A DNA stretch of 64,000 nucleotides from Candidatus Latescibacterota bacterium (GTDB lineage: Bacteria; Latescibacterota; UBA2968; UBA8231). Each line of letters begins with the position of its first letter. The stretch's first letter is position 1. The notes beneath the pieces were generated by a model that made no database searches, was not told the origin of the DNA, and saw nothing but the letters and a program-made list of their open reading frames with translations. The position numbers and the translations under genes are program-made. The stretch spans positions 768,001 through 832,000 of the forward strand of contig CBDCSU010000004.1 of assembly GCA_965221775.1 (NCBI GenBank), given 5' to 3'. Below are positions 58,619 through 64,000 of the stretch, piece by piece.

Positions 58619-58776
58619 GCGGGGAGCCCGGCACCGTCTGCGTTCGGCGGGCGCCGCCGGAGCGCTGCCGTCAGGGCTCCCCTGGTGCCCTCGGACGCCC
58701 GGCCTCCTCCCCGGTAGCGGCGACGGTTCCGTCTGGCCGTCCCCGCCCACCCCGGGGCTTGAGAGGGTTTTTCCCT

Positions 58777-58805
58777 TTGACAGCCACCCGCCCCGGTGCC
58801 ACGAT
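58777..58805 (+). promoter_or_regulatory. sigma70-type promoter
   Basis: TTGACA-17-CACGAT upstream of GGAGG + ATG 58884. Confidence 0.5.
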
Positions 58806-58883
58806 CTCCGTCCGACGAGAGAGCAGGCGGAGATCCTGCCGCCCTGCCCGTCCCGCCTCCCCCCCGTCCCGGAGGACACCCGC

Positions 58884-60272
58884 ATGACACCGTGGATCTT
58901 CGTGCACAACCCCCTCGAGCGCTGGCTCGACGACTACCCGCGCATCTTCGACGCCTGGGAGGAGGGCGGCGTGCGCGGCATCGTCGTCGGCCGCCTGTGG
59001 TTCGTCCAGGAGGACGGTGACGGCATGCCCCTGTGGGGGGATACGCTCACGCCCGCCTTCCCCGCCGACCCGAAGGGCTACGCCTCGCTGGGGATCAACC
59101 CGCCGCCGGAGACGCCGCGGAACCTCCCGAAGGAGAAGAAGCTCCACGCCCTCCTCGACGATGCCGCCGGCCGCGGCTGGAAGATCCTGATCTTCGACTC
59201 CCGCGACGGTCTGCGGCTGCTCTACCAGCGCGGGCAGGGCATCGTCTCGGGCCTGCCCCCGGAGCGGGATCCGGTGGGGGCGGTGGAGATCGCCGCCGGC
59301 GCGCAGGACATCATGGGCGCCTTCCCCCAGGCCCACGGCGTCGTCCTCGACCAGCCCGGCGAGCACGACTACGAGCTGGAGCTGCACCGCGGCACCGAGC
59401 TGTTCAAGCTGCACGGCCTGCAGCGCCACCGCTTCGAGATGCAGGGGGCGGACGTGCCCCGCATCGAGCGCGCCATCTCGCGGCTGCGGCGGCGCTTCCA
59501 CCAGTTGACGCCGGACCTCGTGCGCTACCACGCCCCGGGGGGCCTGCTCGGCGCCCTGGAGCTGTTCGACCTGGAGGAGGACGGCCTCTACTGGCTGCGG
59601 GTGCGGCGCCAGACCGCCCTCGACTTCATGGCCGCCGTGCGCGCCCGGATCGACGAGCTGGACTGCGCGCTGGAGCTGGGCGGCATCCCGAGGACGGCCG
59701 CCTTCTCGGGGCTCACCGGCCAGGACTTCGGCCAGATGGCGCGTCACTTCGACCTCGTCTTCCCCAAGCACTACTTCTGGCACCGGGGCAACGACGGCCT
59801 CTACGGGACCATGGCCCGCTGGGTGCAGCAGGTCGGCGCCTGGAACCCTGCCCTGACCGAGCCCGACTGCTTCGCGGTGGTCAAGGCATGGCTGGGGCTG
59901 GAGCTTCCGGGAGTGGAAACGCTGGCGGATATGGAACTGGGGTTTCCGGAGGAGTTCTTCGAGAGGCTGGTATACGACGAGACCCGGCGGGCCCTGGAAG
60001 CCGTGGGCGAAGAGAAGGCGATCCCCTGGGTCTCCACCGGGCGGCACCCCCACGGCGGCGAGGCGATGCCCGCCCGGGACCTGCACGGCATCCTCACCGC
60101 TTCCCGGCGGGCCGGGGCCCGGCGCTTCCTCTTTCAGCCGGACCCCGACCTCGGGGCCTCGGAGTGGAGCGTCATCTCCGGTCTGTGCGGCGCCCGGTGG
60201 CGCCAGAGCCCGGAAGGCTACTGGCCTGCCGATTCCACCCGGCCCGACTCCTTTGGGGCGGAGTCCCCGTGA
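58884..60272 (+). CDS. Hypothetical protein (possible TIM-barrel enzyme)
   Basis: GGAGG RBS, host-like codon usage, PKHYFWHRG.DGLYGT and GRHPHGGE motifs; family not recognised. Confidence 0.75.
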   Translation: MTPWIFVHNPLERWLDDYPRIFDAWEEGGVRGIVVGRLWFVQEDGDGMPLWGDTLTPAFPADPKGYASLGINPPPETPRNLPKEKKLHALLDDAAGRGWKILIFDSRDGLRLLYQRGQGIVSGLPPERDPVGAVEIAAGAQDIMGAFPQAHGVVLDQPGEHDYELELHRGTELFKLHGLQRHRFEMQGADVPRIERAISRLRRRFHQLTPDLVRYHAPGGLLGALELFDLEEDGLYWLRVRRQTALDFMAAVRARIDELDCALELGGIPRTAAFSGLTGQDFGQMARHFDLVFPKHYFWHRGNDGLYGTMARWVQQVGAWNPALTEPDCFAVVKAWLGLELPGVETLADMELGFPEEFFERLVYDETRRALEAVGEEKAIPWVSTGRHPHGGEAMPARDLHGILTASRRAGARRFLFQPDPDLGASEWSVISGLCGARWRQSPEGYWPADSTRPDSFGAESP

Positions 60273-60273
60273 A

Positions 60274-60594
60274 TCAGCCGCCGGGGGTGCGGTACGACAC
60301 GCTCTTGCTCACCGCCTCGTCCACGGTCTCCGGCGTCACCAGGACCGTCACCTCCACGTCGAGGGCCCCGGCGGCGGCGACCCGGAGGGAGACGGCGGTG
60401 GCCGCGGCGTCGTCGGGAAGCTCGGTGATCAGGTAGAGGTCGCAGGGCCCGAAGGCGTAGTAGAAGCCTTCGAGGGTGCCGCCCATCCCCTCGATCGTCT
60501 GCCTCAGGGCCTCGCGGCGGCCCGTGCCTCCTTCTCTCAGCAGGCCCTCGAGGCCTGCCTTCGTGTAGCTGGTGCGGAACATGTACTTGGCCAT
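60274..60594 (-). CDS. GYD domain protein
   Basis: YTKAGLEGL..GGT.R, YYAFGPCD, ELPD, YRTPG; AAGGAGG RBS. Confidence 0.85.
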   Translation of the reverse strand: MAKYMFRTSYTKAGLEGLLREGGTGRREALRQTIEGMGGTLEGFYYAFGPCDLYLITELPDDAAATAVSLRVAAAGALDVEVTVLVTPETVDEAVSKSVSYRTPGG

Positions 60595-60675
60595 GGCTCT
60601 GCCCTCCTTCAGGGGTGGTTCCTCGCGGCCAGGTGCCTCGGCGTAGCGACGGTCCGACCGGAGGCTCTCGGAAGT

Positions 60676-63600
60676 CTATTGGGCATCCTTCCCCGGGGAA
60701 ACCCCGGAGGCGTGGCTGGCAGACCGGTCATGGGTGGCCGGGACCTTCCGAGAGATGCGCCCCCCCGAGAGGTACGCCGCCATGTCCCACAGCAGAATGG
60801 TGCCGTCCCAACTGCCGGTGGCCAGGATGGACCCGTCGGGGGAGAAGGTCGGCCACGCCAGCCACGAGTGGCCCTCCAGGGAGGTCCTGAGTTGGCCGCT
60901 GGCGACATCCCACACCCGGACAGACCCCAGCCCCCCGTCACTGCAGACGAGGACGCTCCCGTCGGGGGAGAAAGCCATGGAGGTGGGGTGCTCGACAAGG
61001 CCCTCGAGAGTTGCCTTCCGTTGACCGCTGGCGACGTCCCACAGGTGGATCCCCGCCTCCTCACGAGGCCATCCGAATCCACTGGCCAGTGTGGATCCAT
61101 CGGGCGAAAAGGCCAGGTGGTACACCCGTCGATTCCCGTCCCACAGTCTGTCCCGGATCTCGCCGCTGGCCACGTCCAACAGAATGATCGTCGACTCGAG
61201 CCGGCTGGCACTGGCCAGGGTCGCCCCGTCCGGGGAGAAGGCCAGCCAATCGACTTCATCCTCATGCGCCTCGAGAGTGGTCCTCAGCTGACCGTCGGCC
61301 AGGCTCCATAGCCGAACCGTCGGGTCCCTGGGGCCGCCACCACTTGCCAGAGTGGCGCCGTCCGGCGAGATCGCCAGGGAGTTTATGAAGGTCGTGTGTC
61401 CCTTGAGGGTTGCCCGATGGAGGCGGCTGGGCACATCCCACAGCCAGATGGTGCTGTCCTGCCAGTCTGCAGTGCTGGCCAGGGTTGAGCCATCGGGCGA
61501 GAAGGCCAGCCGGGTGACCCTGGTGTCGTGGCCATCGAGAACCGCCTCGGATTGGCCTCTCTCGACGTCCCAGAGCCGGATTCTTCCACCATCGCCGCTG
61601 GCAAGCGTGCTTCCGTCCGGCGAGAACGCAATCGCTGCGGGGGAATGGTCGCTTTGCAGGGTGGCTTGAGCCTCGCCGCTGGTCCTCCACAGTCGAATCC
61701 TGCGGCTGTCGACACTGGTCAGGACGGACCCATCTGGCGAAAAGGCCAACAACCCGCCCTCGGAATCATGCTTCAGGACCGTCTGCAGGTGGCCGCCCGC
61801 CACGTCCCACAGATGGACCTTGTCCCCCCGGCTCGTGGTGCTCGCCAGACTGGACCCATCCGGCGAGAACGCCAGGGAGTAGCCCTTGTCCCCGGGGCCT
61901 TCGAGTTCGTACGTGCCCAGATGAATGGCCCTCTCATAGCCGCTGCTGGTGGCAAGGGACCCATTCGGCGAGAAGGCCACCGAAAGGACCGGATGTATAA
62001 CGTCCCACGACTGGGTGAATCGGCTGTGCTCCCAATCCTGGCGGCCCCGGCGGATTTCTGCCTTTCCGGTGGTCACATCCCACAGGTAGACCGCGTTGTA
62101 TTCCGCGGCGCTGGCCAGGGTCGACCCATCGGGGGAGAAGGCTACCGAGGCGACGTATCCATGGTAGGGCAGATCGGCCTTGAGTCGACCGCTGGCCACA
62201 TCCCACAACTGGATCGTCGGCTTGTCCTTGAAGTCCCCACTGGTCGCACTGCCCCCGGCGAGGATGGCGCCATCCGGCGAGAAGGCCATTGAAGTGGGAG
62301 GTTTGTGGCTCTTCAGGGTGGCCCGGAGTCGGCCGCTGGCCACATCCCACAGACGAAACGTCTCGTCCTCCCACCCACCCGCACTGGCAAGGGTAGCCCC
62401 ATCCGGCGAGAACGCCACCGAGATGACCCGTCCCTGATGTCCTTCCAGAATAGCCTGAATGCGACCGCTGGCCACGTCCCACAGCCGAATGGTCCTGTCG
62501 GAGCCGCCACGGGCCAGGACCGCCCCATCCGGGGAGAACGCCACCGAAGTAGCGGACTCCCCGGGCCCCGTCAACAAGCCGGCTTCGTCGCCGGTGCGGG
62601 CGTCGTAGAGCCAGATGCCGATACTGCCGGCCACGGCCAGCAACTCGCCGTCTGGGGAATAGGCCACGGCCCGGTCGCCTTCTGCGATCGAGCCCTTTCC
62701 CAGGCGGGCGAGGGCCCCCTCGGGCAGTCTCCAGAGGTGGTAGGCCGATAGCTCGGGGGGCCAATCCTCCTCCACCACAGGGGTTCCATGCAGGGCCAGA
62801 ACCACCGGGGTGCCCAGGCCCGAGCTCACCAGGACCTCGACGGCCGTGCCGTCCAGATTGCAGCGCTTGATGCGGTTCCGGCCCGAGTCGGTCCAGTAGA
62901 CCCTGCCTTCGACCCCATCCACCGCCAGACCTCGGGGAGTGAGCAGGAGCGTAGTGACGAGGTCTTCCACATCGGAGCCGTCCAAGTTGCTCCGCTGGAT
63001 CCTGTCCGCGCCCGAGTCGGTCCAGTAGAGCTTGCCACGGGCCGCGTCCAGCGCCAGCCCGGAGGGAGTGACCAGGCCGGTGGTGACCACGTCCTCGACC
63101 TGGGAGCCGTCCAGGTTGCTCCGCTGGATCCTGTCCGCGCCCGAGTCGGTCCAGTAGAGCTTGCCCCCGGCCGCGTCCAGCGCCAGCCCGGAGGGAGTGA
63201 CCAGGCCGGTGGTGACCACGTCCTCGACCTGGGAGCCGTCCAGGTTGCTCCGCTGGATCCTGTCCGTGCCCGAGTCGGTCCAGTAGAGCCTGCCCCCGGC
63301 CGCGTCCAGCGCCAGCCCGGAGGGAGTGACCAGGCCGGTGGTGACCAGGTCCTCGACCTTGGAGCCGTCCAGGTTGCTCCGCTGGATCTTGTCCGTCCCT
63401 CTGTCGGCCCAGTAGAGCTTGCCCCCGGCCCCATCCACCGCCAGCCCGGCGGGAGCCACCACACCGGTGACCACATCCTCCACCTGCGAGCCGTCCCGGT
63501 TGGCCCGGTGGATCCGGTCCGTTGTCCAGTCCGCCCAGTAGATCTTTCCCTCCTCGGGCGAGATCAAGGGAGCCACCGGCATCCCGATGCCGGCCGGCAG

Positions 63601-63999
63601 CAGCGGACTGGAGGGGTCGACGCTGTGGATCAGCAGCAGCCAGGCGTCACTGATATCCACCCGGCCGTCGCCGTTTACATCGCCCAGGGCGATGTCGCCC
63701 TCGTTGGGCATGACCGTGGAAGAATCGAAGCTGTACAGAGCCACCAGAAGGGCATCGGCCACGTCCACCCTTCCGTTGTTGTCCACATCCCCCAGCAGGC
63801 GGTCCGTGGGCGTGGAGGCCCTCTTCGCCGCCGGGGAGCCGCCCAGCCTCTGGACGACGAGGTCCACCTCGCCGCCGCCCGCCGGCACCTGGAAGCCCGG
63901 GTCCACGTAGGGCGTCAGTCCGGCGCCCGAGACGACCAGACCATAGACCGGGCCCGCCTCAAGCAGGCTCCTGTCCCAGACACCCCGGCCCCCCGGCGC
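60676..63999 (-). CDS. Large repeat protein: dockerin + YWTD (LDL-receptor B) repeats + WD40 propellers; 5' end outside window
   Basis: GDVDNNGRVDVADA..GDVNGDGRVDISDA; six YW(T/A)D units; more than 12 AFSPDG..LWD units; frame open to window edge. Confidence 0.9.
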   Translation of the reverse strand, partial: APGGRGVWDRSLLEAGPVYGLVVSGAGLTPYVDPGFQVPAGGGEVDLVVQRLGGSPAAKRASTPTDRLLGDVDNNGRVDVADALLVALYSFDSSTVMPNEGDIALGDVNGDGRVDISDAWLLLIHSVDPSSPLLPAGIGMPVAPLISPEEGKIYWADWTTDRIHRANRDGSQVEDVVTGVVAPAGLAVDGAGGKLYWADRGTDKIQRSNLDGSKVEDLVTTGLVTPSGLALDAAGGRLYWTDSGTDRIQRSNLDGSQVEDVVTTGLVTPSGLALDAAGGKLYWTDSGADRIQRSNLDGSQVEDVVTTGLVTPSGLALDAARGKLYWTDSGADRIQRSNLDGSDVEDLVTTLLLTPRGLAVDGVEGRVYWTDSGRNRIKRCNLDGTAVEVLVSSGLGTPVVLALHGTPVVEEDWPPELSAYHLWRLPEGALARLGKGSIAEGDRAVAYSPDGELLAVAGSIGIWLYDARTGDEAGLLTGPGESATSVAFSPDGAVLARGGSDRTIRLWDVASGRIQAILEGHQGRVISVAFSPDGATLASAGGWEDETFRLWDVASGRLRATLKSHKPPTSMAFSPDGAILAGGSATSGDFKDKPTIQLWDVASGRLKADLPYHGYVASVAFSPDGSTLASAAEYNAVYLWDVTTGKAEIRRGRQDWEHSRFTQSWDVIHPVLSVAFSPNGSLATSSGYERAIHLGTYELEGPGDKGYSLAFSPDGSSLASTTSRGDKVHLWDVAGGHLQTVLKHDSEGGLLAFSPDGSVLTSVDSRRIRLWRTSGEAQATLQSDHSPAAIAFSPDGSTLASGDGGRIRLWDVERGQSEAVLDGHDTRVTRLAFSPDGSTLASTADWQDSTIWLWDVPSRLHRATLKGHTTFINSLAISPDGATLASGGGPRDPTVRLWSLADGQLRTTLEAHEDEVDWLAFSPDGATLASASRLESTIILLDVASGEIRDRLWDGNRRVYHLAFSPDGSTLASGFGWPREEAGIHLWDVASGQRKATLEGLVEHPTSMAFSPDGSVLVCSDGGLGSVRVWDVASGQLRTSLEGHSWLAWPTFSPDGSILATGSWDGTILLWDMAAYLSGGRISRKVPATHDRSASHASGVSPGKDAQ
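62974..63450. repeat. Near-identical 129-bp tandem repeats (43-aa YWTD units)
   Basis: GGAGCCGTCCA recurs at 62974, 63103, 63232, 63361. Confidence 0.92.
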
Positions 64000-64000
64000 C

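Noticed and set aside
58621-58682. GGGGAGCCC/GGGCTCCCC hairpin with GGAGCGCTGC as SAH riboswitch
   Set aside because: Lies upstream of both predicted promoters and lacks the rest of the motif.

Overview
High-GC bacterial chromosomal segment (about 70% GC by eye) with about 55 supportable coding regions. I see no rRNA, tRNA or CRISPR array. Housekeeping genes (asd, hom, ctaA/COX15, fdhD, bifunctional Hcy methyltransferase/MTHFR, cca, purH cyclohydrolase domain, lpdA, rnhA) are mixed with catabolic enzymes (three GHL10-like TIM barrels, a GalrD-II-like enolase, Gfo/Idh/MocA, Ldh_2, PLP enzymes, amidohydrolases). There is also a MacAB-type exporter, a sigma54 two-component system, a McrBC island, two toxin-less TA modules and secreted proteins (FlgD-Ig, dockerin/YWTD/WD40, a 'TAV..WG.VK' tail). 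This mix suggests Latescibacterota or a relative, possibly a sponge symbiont (inference only). The most unusual signal occurs twice in the first 16 kb: a small cargo block lies between an intact gene and a condensed, diverged copy of part of that gene (enolase 2385-2534 vs 3665-4555; asd 12351-12517 vs 15549-15767). The differences are skewed to synonymous or conservative changes and no integrase is visible, which points to homology-anchored gene capture. Other points are a CHAD-gluconolactonase fusion, an orphaned sigma54 enhancer/promoter and several elements reduced to their two ends by internal deletion. Most long ORFs in the track are GC shadow frames. All calls come from reading motifs by eye; no searches were run.
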